Of a stretch of DNA of 64,000 nucleotides, positions 19,091 through 28,462 are shown piece by piece. Where the stretch lies: the NCBI GenBank assembly GCA_965612735.1, contig CBFDSV010000002.1, positions 8,988 through 72,987 on the forward strand, written 5' to 3'. The position numbers and the translations under genes are program-made. Source of the DNA: an uncultured bacterium. GTDB lineage: Bacteria; Hydrothermota; UBA3072; B12-G15. Under the pieces are notes generated by a model. It made no database searches, had not been told where the DNA came from, and worked only from the letters and a program-made list of their open reading frames with translations. Within the stretch, counting starts at the first letter, position 1. The number at the start of each line of letters is the position of its first letter.

Positions 19091-20486
19091 GGAGTTTTCC
19101 AGTGCAATTCTTCATCTCTGAAAAAAACTTAATTTTTATCCCATCATTGTTGTACTCTATGTTTCCACCATTCCGTTCAATAATCTCTCTGAAGAATACA
19201 AGATTTGCAGAATTTATATTGGACCTATCAAATGGGTCGTCAATAAGAAATTCCTGTTCCATTCCCCTTTTTAACTCCTGAACAGTGTTGGAATCAAGAC
19301 CATCTATGATTATCTGAATCTCTGAATCAACACTGGAACATCTAACATTGAAATCAGATGCTTTCTCCTTCAGAGTCTCAAAAAGGACCCCAAGGGCAAG
19401 TTCTAAATCCTCACCATTGGCGTATATCCCAACACGTTCGTCCAGAACATAAACAGAAAATGCTCCATTCTCCAATCTCTTTAACATATCCCCAATATTA
19501 ACCCAGCTCCTGTTTCCAAGGTCTTCCCTTGAAAGGGATATAAACATCTGAACAAGTTTCCCCAGCCTCTGTCCTTCCTGATTTATTCTCTTTGCATACT
19601 CCTTTACAACATCATCTGATAAATTCTCGGGGGACATCAGAATCTGGGACAGGCCAATTATCGGGGTTAATGGGTTTTTCAAATTGTGGGAGACCCCTGC
19701 AAAGAACCTCTCCTTCACCTCCTTCTGTGCCATCAATTCTGCAAGCATTATCTTGTCTGTTATCTCTACAAAAATTAAGGTTGTGTATTCAACCATCCTT
19801 CCCACCTCATCCCTCATGTTAAAACTGGATTTTGTGAGGGTGAATGTCTTACCATTACATTCAATAGTATCACCGTTCTTTTTATTCATTGTCTTTTTTA
19901 TTAGTTCTTCTTTAAAAGGTAGTTGATTCAAAGCCCTGTTCTGATAAACAATATTTCCTTCCTTATCAAGGAGAAGTATAGGGTGGGGTATACTATCAAT
20001 TATCCCATAGAGAAATTTTCGCGACTGCTCAATCCTTTCGTATAGCAATGCCATTTCAAGTATTGAGGAGGCACTCTTTGCAAACCCTTCAAGTATCTGG
20101 AGGTCATCCTCAGTATACACTCCATCCTTCTTGTTTACAAGTTCTATCACCCCTATAATCCTGTCCTTAATCCTTAATGGTGCAGTGAGTAAGGATTCTG
20201 TCTTGAACCCTGTTGCCCTGTCAAACTTGCCCTGGAAGTCCTTTCTCTCCTTAACCCTTGTTACTATCTGCCCTTCACCTGTCTGGGCAGTTTTACCGGC
20301 TATACCCTCACCTATCTTCAACCTCTTTCCCTTTAGTTCATCGGCCTTAGGACCGTTCACAATCTCAAAAACCAGTTCATCCCTTTCATTATCAAGCAGG
20401 AATATGGTTCCTGCTTCACTCTTGAGCAGGTCCTGTGCAAGGTCAAGTATCTGTTTCAGGGTGTCTCTAAAACTCTTAACCTGCAT
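19074..20486 (-). CDS. GAF-PAS-HisKA protein with a degenerate ATPase domain
   Basis: GAF (IFLLD...ELVFE...GEGIAG), a PAS-like region, H-box GVSHNLKNPL. The C-terminal region lacks recognisable N, G1 and G2 boxes. Confidence 0.7.
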   Translation of the reverse strand: MQVKSFRDTLKQILDLAQDLLKSEAGTIFLLDNERDELVFEIVNGPKADELKGKRLKIGEGIAGKTAQTGEGQIVTRVKERKDFQGKFDRATGFKTESLLTAPLRIKDRIIGVIELVNKKDGVYTEDDLQILEGFAKSASSILEMALLYERIEQSRKFLYGIIDSIPHPILLLDKEGNIVYQNRALNQLPFKEELIKKTMNKKNGDTIECNGKTFTLTKSSFNMRDEVGRMVEYTTLIFVEITDKIMLAELMAQKEVKERFFAGVSHNLKNPLTPIIGLSQILMSPENLSDDVVKEYAKRINQEGQRLGKLVQMFISLSREDLGNRSWVNIGDMLKRLENGAFSVYVLDERVGIYANGEDLELALGVLFETLKEKASDFNVRCSSVDSEIQIIIDGLDSNTVQELKRGMEQEFLIDDPFDRSNINSANLVFFREIIERNGGNIEYNNDGIKIKFFSEMKNCTGKLLEKYV

Positions 20487-20847
20487 TCGTCTTCAGCCCC
20501 AGAAGTCTCTCAACTTTTTCCCAGAGTTTCTGTAAATCCACGGGCTTTGCAAGGAACTCAACATTCTCTGAAGATGTTATCCTCACGTCCTCTTCAAGAT
20601 GTTTGTATGCTGTGCAGATGATAACGGGTGTATTGTATCCCTGCCTTCTTATGTCTTCCAGCACCTCAATACCGTGTTTGAATCCCATCTTTATATCCAG
20701 AATCAGAAGGTCGTAATTGTCCTTGTGGAACTTCTTCAATCCCTCAATTCCATTCTCCGCTTCATCTGTGTCAAACCCCTTCATCTTTAAAAATTCTGAG
20801 AAAAGATACCTTATGGAAGGTTCATCATCAACGATTAACACCTTCAT
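20476..20847 (-). CDS. Single-domain CheY-like response regulator
   Basis: 123 aa with VLIVDDE, LLILDIKM, CTAY and AKP. Confidence 0.9.
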   Translation of the reverse strand: MKVLIVDDEPSIRYLFSEFLKMKGFDTDEAENGIEGLKKFHKDNYDLLILDIKMGFKHGIEVLEDIRRQGYNTPVIICTAYKHLEEDVRITSSENVEFLAKPVDLQKLWEKVERLLGLKTNAG

Positions 20848-22399
20848 AACACACCTCCTTATCCTTTACTTTTTTATACAAAGGGAGTTGCACAGTGAAA
20901 ACAGTACCCTCTCCCCTTTTGCTTCTGACACTTATCATACCTCCATGGTTTTCAACAATCTTTTTGACGATAGAGAGTCCAAGCCCTGTTCCGTGTTTTT
21001 TGCTTGTATAAAACGGCTCAAAAATCCTGTTGATATCCTTTTCATCAATTCCACAACCATTATCACTTATGTTAACATAAACATTGCTCTCATCCCGTTT
21101 GAATGAAATTTTAACATATCCACCATCAGAAATGGCATCAAGCCCATTGGAGATAAGGTTCTCAAATACCCTCACCAGCCTCATCCTGTCTCCATTGATA
21201 ACACATCCCCCAGTATTATCAAATATTACGCTGGCATTTTTTGAAGAAACTTTCTTCTTTATAGGCACTGACTCAACTATCTCCCTTATCAATTCACCAA
21301 GATTGAGCTTTTCAATTTCAAGTGGTCTCTTCCTTGCAAAATCAAGGGTATCCTCAATTATTCTATCAATCATCTCCACACTTTTAAGAATTTTTTCTGT
21401 ATAGTCATTTAAAACTTCTCCATTAAATTTCATCTTTATCAACTGGGTCATACCCCTTATTACTCCCAGTGGATTCCTTACCTCATGGGCTATATACGAA
21501 GCCATCTTGCCTATGTCTGCAAGCCTTCTTGAGTGTTCAAGTTCTTCTTCCATTCTTTTCAAATCTGTAACATCCCTCACAATGCCAATTATCAGGTCTT
21601 CTTTCTTTGATGAGGAGATAACCGTATCAACATATCTGTCCTTTATCCTTAAAAGAACATTTCCCCTCCTCTCTTCCATAATTTTTTTCAAAAGTTCCTC
21701 CTTTATTATCCCTTTGTCAAACATCCTCTTCATCTCAGGGTTTTCAAGCATAACCTCCCCTTGAGTATTGATAACAATGATACCGGCATTAACGGAGTTT
21801 ATAATCCTTTCATAAAAATTCTTTAATTTTAAAATCTCTTCCCTCATCATTTTTTCTTTCTTTTCAATCTTCTTCCTCATCATATCTGCCCATGCTCCAC
21901 TCATGAATGCAATCAGGAAAAGGAAGGGAAGCCTCAATAGATATGCAGGGTCATTGAACTGTTTTATCACACCAGTGGTATAACCAATCCACATATACAG
22001 GACTGCACTCAGAATGGCCACTGGAAAAGAAGATCTGAGACCAGAACTCATTGCAGCCATCACAACGGTGAGAAGGTAAACAATGAAGAAGTTCTGTTCA
22101 ATTCCCCTTGAAAGATAAAGGGCAACTGAGACAAATCCAATGTCAAACAGGAATATGAGAAACATGAATTTTTCCTCTTCAAGGAACCTAAATATCCTGA
22201 ACCTGATTATAAAATTGAAAATCACATATATCACAGCAATTCTGTAAGCAACAGCCATGTACTCAAATCTTGCAGTATTATACCCAATCAGGAACAATAC
22301 CAGGAGAATCAGTATCCACCTTGAAACAACAAAGAAGTCAACCTCTCCCATTTCCCAGATTCTATTTCTCTTCATCTTACCCACTTCAACCTTTTCCAT
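20828..22399 (-). CDS. Membrane sensor histidine kinase (multi-TM, PAS, HisKA, HATPase)
   Basis: ~6 TM helices, PAS, H-box AHEVRNPL, N box, DNGCGI, GTGLGLSIV. GGAGGTG SD before the ATG. Confidence 0.9.
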   Translation of the reverse strand: MEKVEVGKMKRNRIWEMGEVDFFVVSRWILILLVLFLIGYNTARFEYMAVAYRIAVIYVIFNFIIRFRIFRFLEEEKFMFLIFLFDIGFVSVALYLSRGIEQNFFIVYLLTVVMAAMSSGLRSSFPVAILSAVLYMWIGYTTGVIKQFNDPAYLLRLPFLFLIAFMSGAWADMMRKKIEKKEKMMREEILKLKNFYERIINSVNAGIIVINTQGEVMLENPEMKRMFDKGIIKEELLKKIMEERRGNVLLRIKDRYVDTVISSSKKEDLIIGIVRDVTDLKRMEEELEHSRRLADIGKMASYIAHEVRNPLGVIRGMTQLIKMKFNGEVLNDYTEKILKSVEMIDRIIEDTLDFARKRPLEIEKLNLGELIREIVESVPIKKKVSSKNASVIFDNTGGCVINGDRMRLVRVFENLISNGLDAISDGGYVKISFKRDESNVYVNISDNGCGIDEKDINRIFEPFYTSKKHGTGLGLSIVKKIVENHGGMISVRSKRGEGTVFTVQLPLYKKVKDKEVCYEGVNR

Positions 22400-22510
22400 T
22401 TTTCACCTCCAGTATTCTATATAAAATTTTTATTCCAGAATTATTACACTGATTTTCAGAATGTTGTATGTATGTAAATGTAAAAACCCATTGATTGTTG
22501 TAAAAAAAGG

Positions 22511-22541
22511 TTGACAATTTTGATGAGATTGATAATATTAA
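22511..22541 (+). promoter_or_regulatory. Sigma70-type promoter, apparently leaderless, for the RR-HD-GYP gene
   Basis: TTGACA (22511-22516), then either TAATAT (22533-22538, 16-nt spacer) or TATTAA (22536-22541, 19-nt spacer, 6 nt before the ATG). ATG at 22548. No SD. Confidence 0.45.
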
Positions 22542-22547
22542 ATAATC

Positions 22548-23543
22548 ATGAAGATTTTGATTGTTGATGATGACAGGAACATTGGGAAAATGTTGAAAGG
22601 GAGCCTTGAAAAGATCGGGCATGAGGCTTCTTATGTGGACAATGGTGAAGAGGCTCTGAAATTGCTAAAATCATCCAATTATGACCTTGTCCTGCTTGAC
22701 ATACTGATGCCTGATATGGATGGTATTCAGCTCCTTGGAAAGATAAGGCAAATAGACCCTGATAAGACTGTTGTGATGGTAACAGGGGTTAAAGAGTTTG
22801 AACTTGTAAGAAAATCTTTACAACTTGGTGCCTTTGATTATATTGTGAAACCCTTTGATCCAAACGACCTGGAATTCATGTTGAAAAGAGTAAAGGAAAG
22901 GCTAACCATACTGAAACTCAGAAGGGATTATCAGACATTCCTTGAGGAGAAGGTTTATCAGCAGACATTGAAGGTGAAGAGAATCTTCCTTGGTTCCATT
23001 GCCTCCCTCATAAAAACCATCGAGGCAAAAGACCCATATCACAAAGACCATTCAGAAAATGTGAGCAGGCTTTCTGTTAAGATAGGTAGAAGCATGGGCC
23101 TGTCAAAAAAAGAGCTTGATAACCTGTCGTATTCAGGTTTGCTCCATGATATAGGTAAGGTAGGCATCCCAGACAGGATACTGCTCAAGGCAGATAAACT
23201 CACACCTGAAGAGTACGAGGTTATAAAGAGACATCCTGCAATTGGTTATGAGATCCTCAAACCCCTTTTTGAAAATAAAAACATCCTTGACGGCGTTCTT
23301 TATCACCATGAGCGGTATGATGGAACTGGATTCCCTGAAGGTTTGAAAAAAGAGGAGATACCATTGTTCGGGAGAATCATAGGTGTTGCAGATGCCATAG
23401 AGGCAATGACTGCTGAACGACCATACAGAGCAAAACTTTCAAAGGAAGAGGTGATTGAAGAACTTGAAAGAAATGCAGGGAAACAGTTTGACCCGGATAT
23501 TGCAAAAATCGGTATAAAAATCATGGAGGATGGAAATGGGTGA
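22548..23543 (+). CDS. Response regulator with an HD-GYP output domain (RpfG-like c-di-GMP phosphodiesterase)
   Basis: Receiver (ILIVDDD...LLDILMPDMDG...KP) plus HD-GYP (HDIGKVGIPD...HHERYDGTGFPEGL). Confidence 0.9.
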   Translation: MKILIVDDDRNIGKMLKGSLEKIGHEASYVDNGEEALKLLKSSNYDLVLLDILMPDMDGIQLLGKIRQIDPDKTVVMVTGVKEFELVRKSLQLGAFDYIVKPFDPNDLEFMLKRVKERLTILKLRRDYQTFLEEKVYQQTLKVKRIFLGSIASLIKTIEAKDPYHKDHSENVSRLSVKIGRSMGLSKKELDNLSYSGLLHDIGKVGIPDRILLKADKLTPEEYEVIKRHPAIGYEILKPLFENKNILDGVLYHHERYDGTGFPEGLKKEEIPLFGRIIGVADAIEAMTAERPYRAKLSKEEVIEELERNAGKQFDPDIAKIGIKIMEDGNG

Positions 23544-24906
23544 AAAGGGCAGGGTTTTAATTATAGACGATGACCCCAAAATACTTGAGTTGCTTTCAAA
23601 GGCATTGAAGGAAAATTATTCTGTTTTCCCTTCCCTCACAGGGAGTGGAGGGCTTGAAATCTTCAAAAATGAGATACTTGATGCTGCACTTGTTGATATA
23701 AAACTTCCTGACATAGATGGTCTTGATGTACTTGTGGAGATTAAGAAAACCCTTCCTGATTTCCCTGTTATAATCATAACAGGCCATGCCTCTATCCCAC
23801 TTGCTGTAAGGGCTATGAAACTTGGTGCATTCTACTTTGTGAAAAAACCATTTGAACTTGAAGAAATAACAAGCCTGCTTGACAAGGCCATTGAACACAG
23901 CAGGCTTATCCGTGATTATAGACGTCTTCAGAACATAGCACTGGAGAAGTACAGTTTCTCGGGCATAATTGGAAGAAGCAAAAAAATGAAAGAGATATTT
24001 GAGATAATAAAACTTGTTGCATCCACTGATGTAACAGTCCTGATAGAGGGAGAAAGTGGCACTGGAAAGGAACTGGTTGCAAGAGCAATACATGTGAATT
24101 CACCGAGGAAGGATAAAAACTTTGTTCCAGTAAATTGCTCTGCCCTACCTGAGTCCCTGCTTGAATCAGAATTATTCGGATATAAGAAGGGAGCATTCAC
24201 AGGTGCAGCAACATCAAAGCCAGGACTCTTTGAAGAGGCCGATGGTGGAACACTTTTTCTGGATGAGATTGGTTCAACAACACCTGCATTCCAGTCAAAA
24301 CTCCTGCGTGTGCTCGAGGATGGAATGTTCTACCATCTGGGCTCAACAAAGCCTGTAAAGGTTGATGTAAGGATAATTACAGCCACAAATGTCTCCCTTG
24401 AAGAGGCTGTTCAGAAAAAACTCTTCAGGGAAGACCTTTTTTACAGGCTGAATGTTGTAAAGTTAAGACTTCCTCCATTAAGGGAGAGGAAAAACGACAT
24501 CCCATTACTTGTCAACCACTTCCTTGAACACTATGCAAAAAAGCATAACAAGAATATCAAAGGGGTTTCTGAGAAGGCACTTGCCCTGCTTGTAAACTAC
24601 CACTGGCCAGGGAATGTGAGGGAACTGGAGAATGTTATTGAAAGGGCGGTTATACTCACAACAACAGATACAATTGATGAACACCTGCTTCCTGACAAGA
24701 TATACAAACCAGATATTACCACCACAGAGACAGAGATAATGAATTATGAAAAGGCAAAGGAAATCTTTGAGAGGAATTACCTCACAAACCTGCTGAGGCA
24801 TACAAAGGGGAATGTAAGCCTTGCAGCAAAGATTGCAGGCCAGGCAAGGCAAAATCTATACATCAAATTCAAACAACTTGGAATAAACCCCAAGGACTTC
24901 ACCTGA
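23530..24906 (+). CDS. Sigma54-dependent (NtrC-family) response regulator
   Basis: Receiver, AAA+ domain (GESGTGKE, GAFTGA, ELFGY), C-terminal HTH. Confidence 0.9.
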   Translation: MEMGEKGRVLIIDDDPKILELLSKALKENYSVFPSLTGSGGLEIFKNEILDAALVDIKLPDIDGLDVLVEIKKTLPDFPVIIITGHASIPLAVRAMKLGAFYFVKKPFELEEITSLLDKAIEHSRLIRDYRRLQNIALEKYSFSGIIGRSKKMKEIFEIIKLVASTDVTVLIEGESGTGKELVARAIHVNSPRKDKNFVPVNCSALPESLLESELFGYKKGAFTGAATSKPGLFEEADGGTLFLDEIGSTTPAFQSKLLRVLEDGMFYHLGSTKPVKVDVRIITATNVSLEEAVQKKLFREDLFYRLNVVKLRLPPLRERKNDIPLLVNHFLEHYAKKHNKNIKGVSEKALALLVNYHWPGNVRELENVIERAVILTTTDTIDEHLLPDKIYKPDITTTETEIMNYEKAKEIFERNYLTNLLRHTKGNVSLAAKIAGQARQNLYIKFKQLGINPKDFT

Positions 24907-25675
24907 GATAACGGCTGAACCGCCTATGTATTTTCTCACTGAGGAAGGAATAGATGTTCTTATTACCAGCAACAACATACCCTGAAAGAACATCTCCACC
25001 ACCATTTAAGTCGGTTATAATACCTCCTGCCTCTTTTACAAGCAAGGCACCAGCCCCCACATCCCATGGCTTGAGTCCAAACTGGGCAGTTCCATCAATC
25101 CTTCCAGCAGCAACATAAGCAAGGTCAAGTGCAGCAGCACCAAGCCATCTCACTGCATTAACATCCCCGACAAGTTCCTCAAGCAAGAGGATAAATTCCT
25201 TTTTCATCCTGTATGCAGGTGGGGGAAAGCCAAAGGAGAAAACCGCCCTTGAAGGATACCTCAACCCACTTACCTGTATTCTTCTTTTGTTGAGATATGC
25301 ACCCCTCCCCTTCTCTGCATGAAACATCTCATCCCTTATGGGGTCATAGACAACTCCAAGAAGGATATTATCTCCATCAACAAGGGAAACAGAGATGCAA
25401 AAATAGGGTATGTGGTGGATAAAGTTGTTTGTTCCATCAAGGGGGTCAATCAAAAAGATTTTTTTCCCTGAAACATGGGCACCTTCCTCTGCCACTATTC
25501 CAGTGTCAGGAAAACTCTCCCTCAGCCTCTCAACGAGGAACTTTTCAGCAGCCCTGTCTGCCTCACTCACATAATCAAGGTTTCCCTTCTTTTCCACAGA
25601 TAGAGACACTTTATGGTAATAATCAAGTAAAACCTTTCCCGCATCTCTAACTATTCCCTTTATATCCTCTATCAT
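24899..25675 (-). CDS. suhB: Inositol monophosphatase family protein (SuhB-like)
   Basis: Motifs EE, DPLDGTNNF, WDVGAG. 258 aa. Confidence 0.85.
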   Translation of the reverse strand: MIEDIKGIVRDAGKVLLDYYHKVSLSVEKKGNLDYVSEADRAAEKFLVERLRESFPDTGIVAEEGAHVSGKKIFLIDPLDGTNNFIHHIPYFCISVSLVDGDNILLGVVYDPIRDEMFHAEKGRGAYLNKRRIQVSGLRYPSRAVFSFGFPPPAYRMKKEFILLLEELVGDVNAVRWLGAAALDLAYVAAGRIDGTAQFGLKPWDVGAGALLVKEAGGIITDLNGGGDVLSGYVVAGNKNIYSFLSEKIHRRFSRYLR

Positions 25676-26547
25676 TCCTCCTCCGCCCTTGGATGCGCAA
25701 GTTTATAAACCTCCTTGAGTTTCTCCACAGTGAAATGAGTGTATATCTGAGTTGTTGAAAGGGAACTATGACCGAGCAGTTCCTGGACAGCCCTAAGGTC
25801 AGCACCCCTTGTGAGAAGATGCGTGGCAAAGGTATGGCGCAGGGTATGTGGAGACATTCTATTCAGGGATGCAACCTGTTGAATATAACGTTTAACAATT
25901 CTCTGTAAGTCCCTCTGTGTCAATCTTTTACCCGATTTACTTATGAATAAGGGTTTAACATCCGCCCATCTGATCTTCAGGTAGTCAATCAATGCCTCTT
26001 TAGCCCTGGATGGTATTGGAAGTACCCTCATCTTTCTTCTCTTTCCCAATACTGTGAGTTTTTCTGCCCTGATGTCTATATCATCCACATCAAGACTCAC
26101 AAGTTCAGATGCCCTCAGTCCAGTTCCATACAGCAGTTCAAGTATTGCCCTGTTCCTCATCTCAAGCGGAGTCTTTGGCTCAATAGAATCAAACAGTTCT
26201 TCCATCTGTCTCTCACTGAGGAATGATGGGGATTTCTTCCTTCTCTTTGGGGATTTAATACCTGCTGCAGGATTTGATTTTACATACCCCATCCTTGTAA
26301 GGTATCTGAAGAACGTCCTGATTGAAGAACTCTTCCTTGCTATGGAATCAGGTGAGTATCCCCTGTTTATCATTGTTCCAAGGAATGACCTTATATGCAG
26401 GGGCTTCACCTGATTAAGATTATCAATGTCCATTTCCTTCAGGAAGGTTACAAACTGCTCAATATCCTTCTTATATGATTTCAAAGTGTGTGGAGATACA
26501 TCCCTTGAGCTCAGATACTGAACAAAGCCTTCAATATAGGTTTTCAT
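25672..26547 (-). CDS. Tyrosine recombinase XerC/XerD
   Basis: N-terminal SAM-like domain and a catalytic region with R..., HTLRHTFATHLL, LLGHSSLSTTQIYTH. Confidence 0.85.
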   Translation of the reverse strand: MKTYIEGFVQYLSSRDVSPHTLKSYKKDIEQFVTFLKEMDIDNLNQVKPLHIRSFLGTMINRGYSPDSIARKSSSIRTFFRYLTRMGYVKSNPAAGIKSPKRRKKSPSFLSERQMEELFDSIEPKTPLEMRNRAILELLYGTGLRASELVSLDVDDIDIRAEKLTVLGKRRKMRVLPIPSRAKEALIDYLKIRWADVKPLFISKSGKRLTQRDLQRIVKRYIQQVASLNRMSPHTLRHTFATHLLTRGADLRAVQELLGHSSLSTTQIYTHFTVEKLKEVYKLAHPRAEEE

Positions 26548-27758
26548 GTTTTCAGGTGTTTCTTCCTTGCAGCAGGGAACAATATGTTGTTAAGAATCAA
26601 TCTGTAACCAGGTGAGTGTTTATGGAGTTCAAGGATGGTGGGTGGGTCACCAATGTAATGGGCATAATCTTCAGGGTCATGACCTCCAAGGAAGGAAAAC
26701 GTTCCCTTGCCAAGGGTACCAAACAGATACTTCACCTCATCAGTGCCAGGCACATCTGCAAGAATAACTACTCCCGGCTTTATCCTGTCCCTTCTAAACC
26801 CAGTATCCTGCCCAAGAAATTCCTTTATAAACCTGGTGTGGTCCTGAACAAGGATCGTGGGAAGAAGGTCTCTTTTTGCATAAAACTCCTTCAAAACAAA
26901 CCTTGTCTTCTCTCCCCTTATTGCCGCCTCACGGGTCACATCAACATCTGAATGTTCATAAACAGTTATCTGTGGTATTATATTAAAATTTGTAAAGGCA
27001 AAGGTTCTTGAAAAATCAACCTTTGACCTGTATGCAGGGTCTATTCCATCACCGTCAATCTGTTCAGGAACTATGTCCACATCAAGATACGCAAGGGCAA
27101 TATCAAGGGTGATGGGTGCAGAGCACATGGCAAAAAGAAAACCTCCATTCTCCACATATTCTCTTATTCTCCTTGCAACATCGTGCTTCATCTGCCATAC
27201 CTTTCTGTAACCAAGCCTCCTTGCCGTTTTCCTGTTAACCTCTTCAACCTTTTTATACCATGGTGTGTTCCTGTATGACAGATAGAACTTCCCGAACTGT
27301 CCAGTAAAATCCTCATGATGTAGGTGTAACCAATCATACTTTCTCAAATCCCCATTAAGAACCTCAGGATCCCATACCCTGTCATAGGGTATCTCTGCAT
27401 ATTCAAGGGCAAGGGTTACTGCATCGTCCCATGGTCCTTCAAACTCCGGTATGTAAACCGCAATCCTTGGTGCCTTTTCAAGAAGCACCCTCTCCATATT
27501 TCCTCTCTCTATTTCAGCATAAATATCATTAACCTGATCCTCTGAAATCTCCTCCCACCTTACACCCATGACATTTGCCCTTCTCTTTATGCCATCCAGT
27601 GAGGGAAGAAGAAAACTCCCACCACGATAGTTTAAAAGCCACTCTGCATCAAGCCCCTGTTCAAGAACCCAGTATGTAAGACCATATGCCTTCAGATGGT
27701 CAGTCTGTGTATGGTCCATGGGTATAAGAAGCCTTGAAAAAAGGAATAAAAGGATCAT
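26544..27758 (-). CDS. Secreted conserved hypothetical protein, possibly a class-I glutamine-amidotransferase-like fold
   Basis: Start moved to ATG 27758 (ATGA overlap with the upstream stop), giving a short signal-like N-terminus. DHLKAYG and FLFAMCSAP motifs. From memory only, this family is often auto-annotated 'asparagine synthetase B'; this is unverified. Confidence 0.4.
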   Translation of the reverse strand: MILLFLFSRLLIPMDHTQTDHLKAYGLTYWVLEQGLDAEWLLNYRGGSFLLPSLDGIKRRANVMGVRWEEISEDQVNDIYAEIERGNMERVLLEKAPRIAVYIPEFEGPWDDAVTLALEYAEIPYDRVWDPEVLNGDLRKYDWLHLHHEDFTGQFGKFYLSYRNTPWYKKVEEVNRKTARRLGYRKVWQMKHDVARRIREYVENGGFLFAMCSAPITLDIALAYLDVDIVPEQIDGDGIDPAYRSKVDFSRTFAFTNFNIIPQITVYEHSDVDVTREAAIRGEKTRFVLKEFYAKRDLLPTILVQDHTRFIKEFLGQDTGFRRDRIKPGVVILADVPGTDEVKYLFGTLGKGTFSFLGGHDPEDYAHYIGDPPTILELHKHSPGYRLILNNILFPAARKKHLKT

Positions 27759-28456
27759 TTTACAGGGACTGCTGAGGAGAGTGAAACCGTTGTCTGGGTC
27801 CATTCAGGGTCAGGAAACTGGACATTACCATCCTCAGGGGATGTGTCCTGTGCATGGCTGTTCTCTCCCCCTGTGGTGAAAACCTCTATATAGATACTCT
27901 CAGGATTGCCAAGCCATTCAAGGGGGATGAAAACCTCCATGAAGTCAAGTGAACCATTGTAAATAAAGACATCCCTGCCAATATCTGTATAATTCCAGCT
28001 GCCATTGAAGGTTATAAACTGGGCGGAGGTAATTGAATCAACATTGTCAGCATGCCAGAAATAAACCACATAAGGTGGATAAATCCCACCCGTATAATCT
28101 ACAAGCCTGTTCCAGGGGTCATTCCCTGCACCAGAACCATAAATTGAATCGGTGAATATGTAAATCCCATAACTCATTCCATAACCAGCAGAGGAATGGG
28201 CATTGAATCCAATGTAAAGCATTGAATCGCCCTTAACTGCCCATAGTGTATCAAGGTCAAGATTGGGTTCGGATATATCACCCACTTTATCAATGCCTGC
28301 AATCTCATCCATTGAAAAATCATTCACACCATCAAGGAGATGAGCCACCTGATTATTATTCCCATTTCCCGTGTCAGGTGGATTAAAGAAAAATCCAGGT
28401 TTCGGACATCCCCAGATAAGAAGGAGTATGGAAATCACAAAAAAAAGCCGTTTCAT
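27755..28456 (-). CDS. Lipoprotein of unknown function
   Basis: Lipobox LLIWGC after a hydrophobic signal. Beta-rich, aromatic-rich mature part; a carbohydrate-binding-like role is only a guess. Confidence 0.55.
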   Translation of the reverse strand: MKRLFFVISILLLIWGCPKPGFFFNPPDTGNGNNNQVAHLLDGVNDFSMDEIAGIDKVGDISEPNLDLDTLWAVKGDSMLYIGFNAHSSAGYGMSYGIYIFTDSIYGSGAGNDPWNRLVDYTGGIYPPYVVYFWHADNVDSITSAQFITFNGSWNYTDIGRDVFIYNGSLDFMEVFIPLEWLGNPESIYIEVFTTGGENSHAQDTSPEDGNVQFPDPEWTQTTVSLSSAVPVK

Positions 28457-28462
28457 AGTCTT

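Noticed and set aside
22400-22547. Sigma54 (-24 GG / -12 GC) promoter that the NtrC-type activator might serve
   Set aside because: Scanning intergenic regions by eye found only TGG-containing near-misses (for example CTGGAATAAAAATTTTA and TGGCAC at the SRP RNA 3' end) that lack the TTGC element. The target promoter is probably outside the window.
23596-24200. Minus-strand ORFs (165, 96 and 90 aa) inside the NtrC-type gene
   Set aside because: These are shadow ORFs opposite a gene with Walker A, GAFTGA and HTH motifs.
25672-26547. Xer-type recombinase as a marker of an integrated mobile element
   Set aside because: It is embedded by overlaps in an operon with suhB and core-looking genes. 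There are no flanking direct repeats, no tRNA junction, and no phage or transposon genes.
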